Shown here one piece after another: positions 25,046 through 38,070 of a stretch of 64,000 nucleotides of DNA. Numbering within the stretch: position 1 is the first letter of the stretch; every line of letters begins with the position of its first letter. The translations under genes and the position numbers were made by a program. A model generated the notes under the pieces. That model worked only from the letters and a program-made list of their open reading frames with translations, made no database searches and had not been told where the DNA came from. The DNA is from Ptychomitrium polyphyllum (Eukaryota), in the NCBI GenBank assembly GCA_973851085.1, contig OZ316776.1, forward strand, positions 13,082,001 through 13,146,000, written 5' to 3'.

Positions 25046-28000
25046 ATGCGAGGCCGAGCGGTGTTGCAGCGATGGAGGGCGGAGAGGATGTTGCAAGCGT
25101 CACGCGGGAAGGAGAGCAAGCTGGTGGGGCAGCAGAGACGGTCCCTTGCATGTAACGGTTTGGCGACGAGCGCAGGTGAGGCAGAGACTATTCTGGAGTT
25201 GTGGACGTGGGGGAGGGGCGAAGCTGGGCAGCTGGGATTGGGTAAGGAGAGCACTGAACGCTCGCCTTCTCTTCTGGAGTTTCTTCCTCACAAATATCGT
25301 CTTGCTCCCATGCCCGGCGTTCTCTGTGCACCAGAGGTTTGGAGACCTAATTCTCTCGCAGCCACTGAGAATTCGTCCCAGAGCTCCGAGGTAGGGCCTG
25401 CGACGCTGACAGCCTCGGCTGTGAGGCGATACAGCGGCGTAACGGACAACACCAGAGAATTGGACGGAGTTGGGGCTGAGGAAGTCGGAATTTCTTGTGG
25501 GTTGTTCCATTCTTGTTTCTGGAAGAACGGGGAGCTCTGGTTTTGGGGTAAAGGCGATGGCGGGCGTCTGGGTTCTGGATCCGAGACCTCGCTGTACAGT
25601 CCTCAGTTTAATCCCTTTCTGTCGGGTGTGAAGAGCGTAGCCCTGGGCGGGTTGCATTCCGCGGCTGTCACTAAGGAGGGAGATGTCTACACATTGTGAG
25701 CGTCGGGTTTTCCGTCCACTCGTCGATGTTATTGGCTGTGGTTTGCTTTATTGGTACCATGTCTGGTCGCTTCTCTTAATGGTGATGACAATGGCCTTAC
25801 TATGTGTTCATATCTAGTAGCGTTGTTCGCAATTAATCAGCTGCTTGCATTTCAAGACTTTAGGGCATTAATTTAGACATCGACTCGATTTTTACCAGCA
25901 AAGATGGTTTACGGTAGACGAATTAATTGAGAATGCTGTACTCTATCTATGAGTACCTCGACTTGAATTGGGTTATGCAAAGAATTACTGGGATGTACAC
26001 GTACTGGTACTTGCATGCTATGAAGTCTTTTTCTTGACGTTTACACGAACTAGAGGGGAATGCATTTGTCTGTTCATGGCAATAAGTTTCGATTGGTTCT
26101 AGAGCAACATTGCTACTTCGGAAGCACCTCACATAAGGTTTCTCATTCTGGCCTGTCACTGCAGTGGATTTGGAGGCTTTGGCGCATTGGGTCATGGATC
26201 TTACGAGAAAGTCCTGAGACCAAAGCTGGTGGATGGAAGTTCCGTAGCCATGAGCAATATTGTTCACATTGCGTGTGGGGGGGCTCATACTGCGGCAGTA
26301 TCTGCGTCTGGTATGGTGCTCAACCTTATATCCTGAACCTTATATATAAGATTTTCGTCTCAGAAGGCATAATGTTGTCAACATGTGTAGTAGTATACAT
26401 CATCCTTGCTGGGAATCTGGCTACTTTATTAACAGTTTGGTGCTTGTCCTATATGACGCTGGAGGGTTTGATCATTCTTTAGCTTCCAGAAGTCTCTTGC
26501 ATGCTTTTCTTCCATCTTATTGGTTCATCGACTGTGAAATGGTTTCTGTGGATTTGGGTCACTACTAACTTGTTTTAGAGATTGCATGCTATCTGCGAAG
26601 CCTTTACGAAGAAATACTTCTGAAGTCTTTAGCGTCAGATTTTAGCATTCTTGTCCTTTTACTTAGTGTTGTTCTTTACTTTGTATTCGCGAACTCTGCT
26701 CCTGTAATGCATTAGTAATATATCAGCTCATGTTGACTGACTTCTTCACTCTATTGTCCCTTTTAGTGTAACTTTGACCCTCCGTTGATAGCTTGCATTT
26801 GCATTTGAAACAGGGAGTATATTTACATGGGGTAGAGACGAAGGCGAAGGAAGACTCGGCTACATCCCCGGCCCGAGATATGAAGATGGAACCTGTGTTC
26901 CTGAGCAAGTTCGTGGAATCCCTGATTCAATAGCTGCTGTAGCTTGTGGTGGCTTCTTCACCATGGCCTTGACCTGTGCAGGCCAGCTTTGGAGCTGGGG
27001 AGGTAAAACTATCTTCTTAAATCATCTTTACTACACACATGTCATAATCATAGTGTGGACCTCAAGAAGTTGGGCCGCTTTATGCCACGTAGCTCGACAG
27101 TAGCCGAAGATCCTCGGTACATGCTTTGACGCTGTCTCTGAATCTCCTAGATTATGAATTGACGACCTGTTTTACTTGTTTCAGCACACATGGCAGCTTG
27201 TTGTACCCCTTTTTGCCCAACTTCAGGTTTTTTTGTTTTAAATCCTAAAGGACTATAGTAAACCTTTGGATATTGTCGTTGGCAGGGAACAGTAATTATG
27301 AGCTTGGAACAGGCGATCGGCGAGCCAGTTGGAGACCAAGAGTAGTTCCAGAAGTTGAAAGCACACGACTTGTCCAAGTTGCTTGTGGGGGTTATCATTC
27401 TGCAGCCTTAACTGGTATACCTTCAACCCTATTGTCAGTGTATTGTGATGCTGAAGCTTATGGTGTAATCAACTGGATGTATCTTCTGTTTTTTGAGTTT
27501 GAAGCATATTTCTTGCGCTTGCGTTTTGAAGCTGAAGGTTTCCATATATCCTATTATTCATTTGGTTTTTTGCGATCCGCTTCTTTCTTACCTAGTATAT
27601 ATCTGCTGTGGTTGCCAGAGGACGGAAAAGTGTTGACCTGGGGTCACGGTGGCCACGGCCAGTTGGGACATGGTGATCTTGCAAACGCTAGAACTCCAAA
27701 AGTCGTTGAAGCTCTAGGAGGCCAGCGAGCAGTTTTTGTAGCTTGTGGAGGAGCTTGGACTACTGCTGTTACTGGTACTGTAACATCTCTTCCTGGAGAA
27801 CCATCAAATAGAACGAGCTCCTGGAGTCACTTAAACGGGCTAATCACAGAAATTATTTCATTCGATAGATTTCGTTAGTCAACTTGCACTTCTGGTTTGA
27901 AGAATCGGAGAACAGATTTTTACTTGCTGTAAAACTATGTTTTGTTATCCAGTAACATGTTACCTGTTGGTATAGAAGTCTGCGAGTAATGTATACCATC

Positions 28001-28272
28001 ATGAGGACTTGATCACAATGCACCACGTGTCTATTTTTATAATCTACACTGAAATTTATTTGTTACTCTTCAATGCAGAATCTGGGGATTTATACACATG
28101 GGGAAAGAATCGAGACTGTCAGCTTGGTGTCTCTGGGCTCATGGATGCAGAAATGCTACCTATCCTGACCGATTTGGCTGCAGAGCCTGATCAATCACCA
28201 GAATCGTCACGTCGTGCTCTCGCAGTTGCCTCTGGAGCGCACCACGGCATGTGCCTTGTCCTACGCACTTGA
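25046..28272 (+). CDS. RUG3: RCC1/UVR8-like repeat protein, RUG3-like (mitochondrial)
   Basis: 6 exons (25046-25695, 26165-26310, 26814-27002, 27286-27414, 27619-27774, 28079-28272). Arg-rich presequence. Motifs WGRGEAGQLG, GISCGLFHS, WGKGDGGRLG, ALGGLHS, CGGFFTMALT, NSNYELG and WGHGGHGQLG match Arabidopsis RUG3 as I recall it. Confidence 0.88.
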
Positions 28273-31200
28273 AATTGCAGCAATTGGATCAAGTACTTCA
28301 AATGCGTTTCTTGTACGCACTGGTATCTTCGTCAGGTGACTGTCAATCCTTATTGCCTCTACATGTTCATTGCCTCGCGAAGTGACTTCTTCCGCTCCTC
28401 AAAAATTTATTTGTATTCTTTTTCCTTTAGTAGAGGAGTGGTGTTCTTCCGTCATTTGGATTATTTCTGCAATCTTCAACATTTCTTAGTTGTTCCACAA
28501 CGTTCCAGAATCTTGGCCTAATGCTGTTGCGTGTGCATAAAATATGCTCATTCAACGTTGTTAGTATGTACTATTTACTATAATATTATTTCGTGATGTA
28601 GTATCACGAGAACCGATTGCTTGCAACTGCTGAGCTTTCATCTGCTGTTTGCTTTATTTCTAGATTCGCAGGAGGACGTTATAATTTGTGTTTGAAGACG
28701 AGCACACAATGAGCTTTCGTACACAGTTCCACTTCAGCAGCGTGGTGGTACGGCGTCTTCCCTTCTTGGGAGCACGTTGAGTGATGTCTCGACACTTCGA
28801 ATGAGTATCTGGAGATTTATATAGAGGTTGGGAGGAAGGTGGATCGCGAATGTATGGAAGTCTTGAGGGTTCTATGGTTGTCGCAACAAGATGTTTTGAC
28901 TACATCTCTCCTGACGGATTCCAAGTTGAAGTTACTCATGAATACAATGAGATTCTACAGATGAAATCACAGGGCAAAGGAACTGACAATTTTCCATGTA
29001 ATCAATGTAGAGCAGTACCCTGGGGTAACCAGTGTTGCGTTTCACGTCTTCGTACACCTTGGTTTTCATCCTATGAACTGGAATTGCCTCTTTAGTTTGT
29101 TTAGGTTGGCTTACAGTACCATGAATTACGAATGCCATTATGGTTGGTGTAAACCTCACAAGTATTGTAATGACAAAAGTGTGCTATCAAGCAAGGTGCT
29201 ACTCACCACAAATTGACAGGAAGAGTCGTACTCTTTGAGGAGACTAATTCCCAATGAGACATGAGAGTCTACACTTGCAGTGCAGGTATCATGTGCTCCC
29301 ATGAAAATGATTAGCTCTTTCCGCTCTGTGAATGAGTGTTATTTGCTCACCAAAACCGGTGAAATTACACTTCGCCTTTCCTGAACGAATCTTCAAACGA
29401 AACAGGATTACGTGGTCTACGCATTGCAGGTTATCTCTGTTGGCGGAAAGCATCACTACAGGATTTTTCTTTCTTTCTTACGTTGGTCTTGCTCTTCCTC
29501 AGATAAGAAATATTTCTGGTGCTTACTCCCCGCTTCCCACAAGTGGCAATATACTGTCTTATTGAAATCCGAACATTGATATCTGACCCGTCAGGAGTAA
29601 CAATCGACCTTGTAATCTATGAGGTAGGTGTGACGAACTCACAACCAATGGCTGCAGAAAGACGATTCACATTGAGATTTTCAAGAGCGATTCGAGTAAC
29701 TGTTTGATGTTACAAGCATCAAACTGCTGCAACCATAATATTCACAAAACCTCTTTCAATCTGCATAACCCTTTTACTAACGAAAAAGAGTTCAGCACCA
29801 TCCCTTGGCTTGATACTCTCGTCATCTTTCAAGTTCGTTCTCCAACGAAGAGCGAAACACTAGCAATCCACCCCACCCAGTGGAAGAAGTGCTCATCTTA
29901 ACCAGATTAGTTAACCAACCCACGTTCTTATTGTTTTCTCAGTCTGAAAGTGCATTTCTTTAATTAAATACTCGTTGAGGCCCTCTTTCTGAAGTTTATG
30001 TAAGTCCGTCGTGAAGGCAGATAGAAGTGTCTATAAAGATACTTGAGTTCTGCCTCCTATCTGTGTGCATACGATAGTCACGACACTCAGCACCTAGCAT
30101 CATGAAAATAGCAGGTAGACATTATTACACCCCTACATTGGCTGTAGACACAGGACAGAACACCATGTAACCAGAATTAGGTTCATTTGCTGCATAATCC
30201 ATTCTTGTGACAAAGAGTGAAGAACACGTAGTTCAGGACATTCAATTACATTGAAAGGATCAATACAACTCATACCGGTGTGTGCAGATCGATTCAACAA
30301 ACCCTCATATATAGACGCAACACCAGCAAAACACGATAAACAAGATGACGGTAAGCTGTGGCACATGATAAATCAGCAAATCGAGCACAAGTCAAACTCT
30401 ATTAAGCACCAACTGCACAAGTTCAATACCGTTGGTAACTTGTGCGACCGCATCCAGCCAGGGTGAACTAGCTTCATTACCACTATCTGCATTTGTGATC
30501 TCTCCCGTAGTTAAACACAGCTCCATGGTTTTCTGGAGCAGTCCCAAAATCATTTTTCATCACCAGCTCAGATCACAACCTGACACCTCCCAGACTCGCA
30601 GGTGCATCCATCTCCCTTAACATAGCTACACACTTGAGCACCAACAACAGATACAGGTGCATGTCTGAAGAACAGCCTCTGATTAGGTCTACAAACAAGA
30701 CTCACAACCCAAGAACGAAGATAAACAAACAACTCAATGTTCACACTCACGGTCTTCACACAAGAGTCAGGCCAGGACAACTGTTTAAAGAGCTTCAGTA
30801 CTCTGTTCAAAAGATATCACAACGTACAAGATAACATAAAGGATCTTCACAACCAAACAAGATAACAAAAATTGAAGTCTGCTGTATGATTCACTTTTGC
30901 AATCTACCTTCTTCTGCAAGTGCAGATTGAGCGAACCATGGGTGATGCCTGCATGAAAGCGCTACCCGTTGTGCCAAATTTCTAACTTTCAAGCCATTCC
31001 AAATGGGCAGAAGGTGCTCCTGCATTTGTCCTTAAAGGATCACCAGTCGTTTATCAGGCATCTTTGTTCTACATGAGACAGTTACGTACAAGAAGCATAC
31101 CAACAACCTAGAAATGATGAGCCCCAACCGCAAGTTGAATAGCAGTCTCACTCCTAGTTCAGATACATCTGTTGGAATACTGAGGAGAAGCAGCTTCTAG

Positions 31201-31295
31201 CATACATTGAACACTGACTTGGAGCAACATCCAGGCTAACAGTAGTGTGCGTGAAATCAGTATTTGCTTAATGCCCAGCTGCTTGAACCCACGAA

Positions 31296-34200
31296 TTAAA
31301 CAACTTCTTCTGGAGCCGGAGGACCTCCCACCTCCTGGGTCTTGGGGGGTTCCCCAACAAGGGCATGGATGCCCTCAGTACCTGGGGCTGCCTCTCCATT
31401 TGGCTTTTCTGCATCACCGTTACCCACTGCTATATCGTCCACCTTCGATTCCGAAGTGTCTTTAACTGACGGCTCTGTAGGAGTTTCAAGGGGCTTCTCA
31501 CCATTAATTCCCTCAGAAACTACCTTTTCATCCCCAGCCTTGCCAGTCAAGGTTTCTGTTGTCACTTCTTTGGTTTCCTCAGCGGCAGGGACCTCCGCCT
31601 TGGAGACATCCACATCCACATCCATGGCTTTAATTTCCCCATTATCTTCTCCGTTTTCCTCTTTCTTATCTGCTGGGACCTCCTCAGTGCCTGACTTGAT
31701 CTCCGGCTCGTCCTTGCTTGCCGCTGCCAGTACACAGGACAACCACGTTATCCAGTCAGCCTGCTGAACCAAGGGACTTTAAAAAGGCCAAAAAAGGACG
31801 AAGTATTCGGAATGATTGACATGCTTAACAGGGGACGAATGCTTAACCACCGTCCCGAAACTCAAGAAGGCAAAACTGTTACCCACCATCGTTTCCATTT
31901 TCACGACTCTTCCTAGACCGCTTGAGCACAGGTGGTTTCGGCTCAGTGTCTTCATCAAGACCTTCAGTTGAAGTACGGCCCTTCGAATTCAACCTTGCAG
32001 ATCTTCTCCGATTCTCAGTTGGAGTCACAGCATCGACAGCTTGAAAAATGCAAGAGCATATGTCAGATTCTCAGTGATGTTTAATAATTTTTGTCCTCCT
32101 TGCCTCGGTGCCAAAAACCATGATATGCACATAATACCCGGCAAAACAAGAAATTTCAATCACAAAAGCAGACGAGACAGACATAGGCCAGCCAGACCTG
32201 CTAACACTGTCTTACACAAAAAAACTCCCATATGTTGCCCGAAGAGAGAAAAAGGAAGGTACATGCAACACTATGTCTCACATAGTGGCTGATTCCTGAC
32301 TCCTAGCAGAATTCCAAATGGTAAATACTTACTCAAGCTTTCAAGCATGTATTCCGAACAGACTAGTCACCCTCAGTTTACCAAGTACCTTGGAGCATCG
32401 CAAATACTAATTATTATTATTATCAGTAATTATAATTATAATAATCACAATAATCACACTCCGTATGGCCAGCTTCTCGGATAAATTTACACGTCTTGCC
32501 AGTTAGATCTACTAGAGTTAAGATTGACCTTAAAGACAAGAGTGAGGTAAACGTCCTACAATGCAAAACCATCTTGTTTGACGTGTTCTCAGCACATAGA
32601 GCAATTTCACATAACTTGAGACTCAAGACAGACGGTTACGAAATACTTCACATGTAACATGATACAACAGATCAAAGGGAAAATTTCTCACTACCTGGAA
32701 CACCCCATTCGAAATCACTTGCAGAAAGTGTCCCTGGGTGAGCTTTCAGATATTTATCCAGCTGCCTTTTAGTTTTGATTTCCTCGCCATCAGGAGCCAC
32801 AAAAGTGATGTCCTTCTTCTTTGGAGTGCCTCCTTTCTTTGGAGTACCCCCTACCTGAGAACCATTTACAAGAGCAACAAGAACACGTCAACGTCTCAAA
32901 GCCAAAGAAAGTAAAACCACATGCCGCATCGGGTGGTTGTCCAAGGTTACCAAGTGCAAAAATATACATACCCGTGCTTGAGCATTCTCTTAGCAAGTAA
33001 TCGTCTTATTGAGAACATCTCCGACCAAAATTGGTCACAAAAGCAATAATGATCAAAACATGATGATACAGGATCCAAAAGATACCTTAGATATTCTACA
33101 CGTCAGGCCTACTCTGTTTTAACATCTAGAACAACCCCACCAGTGCCATATGAATGCACACCGAGACACTTTTTGACCCTAGGATGAACTAAATAGCAAT
33201 CACTTTGCCACGTTCACATAAAGCATGTAGATGATATCGTTCCCCGACGAACAGTGTCTGTACAATACAGGAACCAAGATGGTGGATGTATAATCCAAAC
33301 AGCGGTTCTCGGTATAGCTGCAGCCTACGACGGTATGACAGTATGACCTCGGCCGAGGCCATATCGCGGACTGCGCCGGATTCCGTGATTCGCGAGCTCT
33401 CTCGCAACTCAGCAACAGATCTCCGAAAAACAAGGAAACCACATCGTTTATTGACGGTTTCACTTATTGCAAACAAACATCTCGGTAAGTAGCTTCGGAC
33501 ATGCAAACATTCAAGACCTCAGGAATACGCGTCTCGGATGTCCAGGACGTCAAAAAACCCACGAATCCCCAAGCGCGCTTTGCGTCGCGACTGGTGACGC
33601 GCTTTCCGTCACAGACAAGCTCGACTTCATATTATCCATAGCTGCGTTAGCAGTTCAGGAACTTACAAGGAACCCGAAGACCTTCAGAACAACAAGAGAA
33701 CTTGTGCTAAGCGATGAGCGCGAAGGGAGACTTTCGAGAGAGACTTTCAGGGTCACAAGCAGGGACGTCTGCTCCGACACCTTAACGCAGAGCTACAGCA
33801 TGTGGTCACCGACAAGCACGGCAGAGCACACAACATGCAAGAACGACGGACAGAGTTTGTAAAGTTATTCGACCGAAGTGACAGAGGTACACCACCGTTT
33901 TCCAGAGGTGAGAAACAAGAACGTGGAGTCGCACTTTCTTGCAACACACATGTTAAACCGGCCCTCAATCTCAAGATGCTCCCAAACCCCGGGGCCCCTA
34001 ACACGAAGTTTACGCGACTTTGCAGCAAAAACATACTACCCCCTGCTGCAACCAGTAGTCAAAAATCAACAAGGCAAGTGCCGTGTAGACTACAACGAGC
34101 GCCATTTCTCATCTTGAGAAGCTCCTAGGTGGAGCCTCTAGTCATTAATATTACGCCTCTACTTGAAACCCCAGGACATGGCTGAAAACACGCGATTTTC

Positions 34201-34920
34201 TACGAAAGCATGCAATTAGCAAACTCGCATCAAGAACGATCAAGCTATGTTCTCTGAATAGGAAAAATAGAAAGAACAAGTCAGACTGTAGTTTTTCGTG
34301 ACCTTCCAAGCGATTCAATGATGCCGTAAAAATATTCTCTCGCGGACGCCTTGAACTATAACAACCAAGAGAGAAATACACATAGCTCTTTCAGCAATAT
34401 CTGACAGCGTCCGTAATACTTAGGTGGTCGATACTGCATATAGGACGCACCTCTTGGACAGCCGCATGGTTAACCAAAATATTACCACTGACGTCGACAC
34501 CGGACCGAACTTTAGCGCGGCAAGAAACTCGTCGCCTGCCTACGTAAAACACGAAAAGAAGCAACGGGCTAGACGAAACTTCTCGTCACAAATTTGTACC
34601 CTAGGTTGTGCAACATACGAAACACAATAACCTGAGAAACGTTAACAGCATTGATAAAGCATCATGGAAAAGCACCGAAAATAACCAGAATACATAACTA
34701 TCACACGCATGCAACCTTAACAGCCAACATTGCATACAGCACACAGCGACCACGAGAAATTTAACAAGCGAGATTCCCAGACACTCTCACTGAGGACGGG
34801 GTTTGCAGCTCCACAGACCTTGCGCTTCCACCCTTGCAGAGCACCGGTGAGTTCCTCGAAAGCCCCCTCCGGAGTTTCAACGGCGTCAGCCACAGCAACG
34901 GCAGCCTCCGGACTCCCCAT
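31296..34920 (-). CDS. Methyl-CpG-binding-domain protein, plant MBD10/MBD11 type, with acidic disordered tail
   Basis: Exons 34920-34819, 32854-32695, 32039-31887, 31723-31296. Sequence GWKRK|VGGTPKKGGTPKKKDITFVAPDGEEIKTKRQLDKYLKAHPG...DFEWG, then RRSARL and an E/K-rich tail. Confidence 0.88.
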
Positions 34921-35442
34921 TCCGCCTCACCTTGCCACCCGAAGACTCTACAACACCTCTCTCCCCCCGCCCCGAACCTTCCACACGTCTCTCAAAAAGA
35001 CGCCACAAAAACTCTCGCTCGCACCTCTCCCCTCGGAAAAAATCCTCACTCCCTCCGCATTAGCCAGTCCGCTCGACAACAAAAGAGGAACCCTCTCCGC
35101 TCCCGCTAAATCAAAAAACCACCACGCCCGGGTCTAACCACCACAACCGCAGTGCAGACACAGAGCTCCTCAGAAACAGAAATAGCACACTTCTGGAAAG
35201 AAAAGAGGCGCGAATTGCAGCAGAAGCACGAAACACGAAACTCTCGCTGCAAAAACAGGACCGGCACAAGAGTAGTCGATAGAGCGCAACGCAAGCTCTT
35301 GAGCGAGCGAGCAAGTGTTTGTTGTGTGTTTGTTGTGTCGTTGTTGTTGTGCTTCTTCGGAGGGAAAGCTCTGCAGGCTCGTCGAAGCACAGACACGAAG
35401 ACTGCGAGACTCGGAGACCTCGGGACTCCGGCTCCATCTTCC

Positions 35443-35449
35443 ATTTATA
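35443..35449 (-). promoter_or_regulatory. Candidate TATA box of the MBD gene
   Basis: TATAAAT on the minus strand, followed by a pyrimidine-rich 5'-UTR-like tract leading toward the ATG at 34920. Confidence 0.5.
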
Positions 35450-37959
35450 AGAGAATCCTCACAATACCGCCACTCTCTCTAAAAGCGGCACTGTCTACAA
35501 CACCCTGAGATCTGATAATCAAAAACGAACGTAACATGTAGATGAGGCCGGTTTCTGGTCCAGTGACGGTTTTGGGGATACACGCTCAGGGTTCCGTCTT
35601 TCTTTTATCCTTTCCTTCTTTCTTTAATGCTTTCTTCCTTTTCGTGGGTTTTGGATTTTTTATGGGGCGAAGTGGGAGACGAGACGGGGTGGCGTGCGGG
35701 AACCACGCGGGGGACTGTTCTCTTCTGGCTTTCGTGGCCTCCGTTTTCCCTCCGTCTTCCGGGCTGCGGAATTTCCCTCCCGTTTAGTTCCCGCCTCGCT
35801 CTGACCGTGGTCATGGGATGCATGCCCAAGACCGCAACTTTACACGGAACTGACGTCATGTAAGAGTGGGGTACACTTTCGTCTGGAGTAGATGGATGGC
35901 ATAGATGGTTTTGGGGTTTGGAGACGGTGACGGTTTTCGGGTATGCATCTTTTGTGATAGAGTCAGCATCTTGAATGCTGGATGGCTGCACTGGATGATG
36001 TCCATATGACAGGTCATGAGATCAGTGCACGGATGAAGTGCTAATTAGAGAGTGTCGTTGGACATAAGGAGGATCTTGGAGTTTTAGTTCATGGGGTGGG
36101 AAGTGCAATATGATGTGTGGAATCTAATTTTCTCTCCTTCGTGATGAGCCTGGAAGGTCTTCAAGCAATGGTTTGGAATTTTTAAACATTCTAGCTAATA
36201 ATGCTTATTTTATAATCAAACTACGTTGTAGTTACTGCAGTAGTTATTGTAGCATCAAAAGTGGTTTCAGTTCAGTAGACTGAGATTTAACCACCTACTT
36301 CTACCTGGTAAAATGCTTGGTTTGATTCTTATAGTTTATTTAGCAAATAAAAACAAACTATATTAAATATGTGCTTGGTGCTCAACACCATATTCTTAAA
36401 ACATTTAATTATTTAATAGGCATTTTTGTTACACCATGCATACTTTTTATAAAACTGGTGTTATAAGTATTTTCAAAACTTCACTTTTGAGAACAACAAT
36501 AAATATAATATTAATTCTGATAAATATGACAATGATTGGATGTTATGTTACGTACATCATTATTTTTATTAGACATAAATAGGATTAAACATATAGTTTT
36601 ATAGACTATAATAAGTATTCATGAATTATTACAATGGTTATTTAAAATAATTTAAAGGTAATTTGTCTAATTCAAGAAATTAAGAAAGAATAATAAGTCG
36701 GTTACTTTACAATTCAAATTATTACAAATATTTACAAAAAGAAAAACATTTTAAAATTTTAAAATTCTAAGGTAATATATAAAAGAATATAAAGAAATGT
36801 AATAGACTATTTAACCAAAAAAATGATCACCTTGATAGTTATTTTAGTATAAATTTAATCATGACAAAAATCCTGAAGTATTTCTTTTTCAATGAAGATG
36901 AATAACACATTAAAATATTACTATAAAATATTACAAAGCATTTTGCAAACGATTGTTGTGAAATGTTTTTGCAATGTCAAATTCATTTGATTATAAGAAC
37001 ATGGTGTTAAATAATCTAAAGACATACTAATGTATTTTTTTTATTCATCTATGCCTAAATCTATAAACTATTTGCAAAAACAAACAATAATAGAATACAA
37101 ATTGCAATGAAATTGTTGAAATGAAAATGACAAATTTTGTAGAATTTACTTAAGATTGCAAGGCATTTGATAAGAACTTAGTAAACAAACAAAAACAAGC
37201 GCCACAAAAATAAAAATCATTCCTTTTGTACAATTCACAATAGCAATGGAAATGAAGGTGATTTCTACAAAAATTGCATGGTTCTATTTTATTTTATTTA
37301 TATTAATAAGTTTTAATAATATAATAGATGGTCAAATTTTAAACTATTGCATTCTTTTAAAATTTGTAAGACTACATCACTAAAGCAAACATTCATTCAA
37401 TACCATAATTAAATTATGATTAGTTAACATTAAGTTATAACTATCTAATTTTAAACTTTTGAATTTGTTCATTAGATAAAATTGAGTAGGCATCCATAAA
37501 ATATAAAATATTTGAATACCTTGCATTTGAAAATGAACAAAACTTGCTGACCAAAATTTATTATTCAATTCAAATATCCATAATGCAAATTGATTTAAAA
37601 ACCATTCTAACTCCTTTGTGAAAAATGAAATATTGAATTAAAATATTAATTAACAAATTGTATGGATACAATAAATTCAAATGTAAACCATTTCCCAGCT
37701 TTATAAATTCTTTGTTAGCAAAAATTGCTTGATATTCAATGATTGCCATATTTATGAAATATGCATGAGAAACATCCATCTTGTTGAATTCCTCATGTCT
37801 TTTATTTAAAATTACAATTCTCAATCGAATAAAAACATAATATCAAGAAACCTTGTCACAAATAACAATCTCTTTGAGAAGATTTAGAAAATGGAAGATT
37901 TTGAAGCTTCAAATAGTTTGTTACAAATTATGAGGGGATGTAAGATGTATTCCATAGAG

Positions 37960-38070
37960 ATTTGTAATTTCAAGTGGTACTTAATTTCAAGGTTTTGGAA
38001 AGAGATTTTCCATGTAGCCTTGATGTGAAAAGAGCAAACATAAATGTAAGAAATATAGTGATGGCCAACT
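37960..38070 (+). mobile_element. Possible highly degenerate Ty3/gypsy integrase remnant
   Basis: LISRFWKEIF (from 37981) followed, after a frameshift, by SDGQ (38057-38068). The spacing is close to the gypsy integrase core FTSRFWxxLF...HPQTDGQ. Embedded in a 5.5-kb AT-rich block full of stops. Confidence 0.3.

Noticed and set aside
28600..30100. Several 60-80 aa ORFs between RUG3 and the MBD gene
   Set aside because: No homology recognised and no consistent exon chain.
33189..34630. Multiple short ORFs on both strands
   Set aside because: They lie in the GC-rich first coding intron of the MBD gene and are consistent with chance ORFs.
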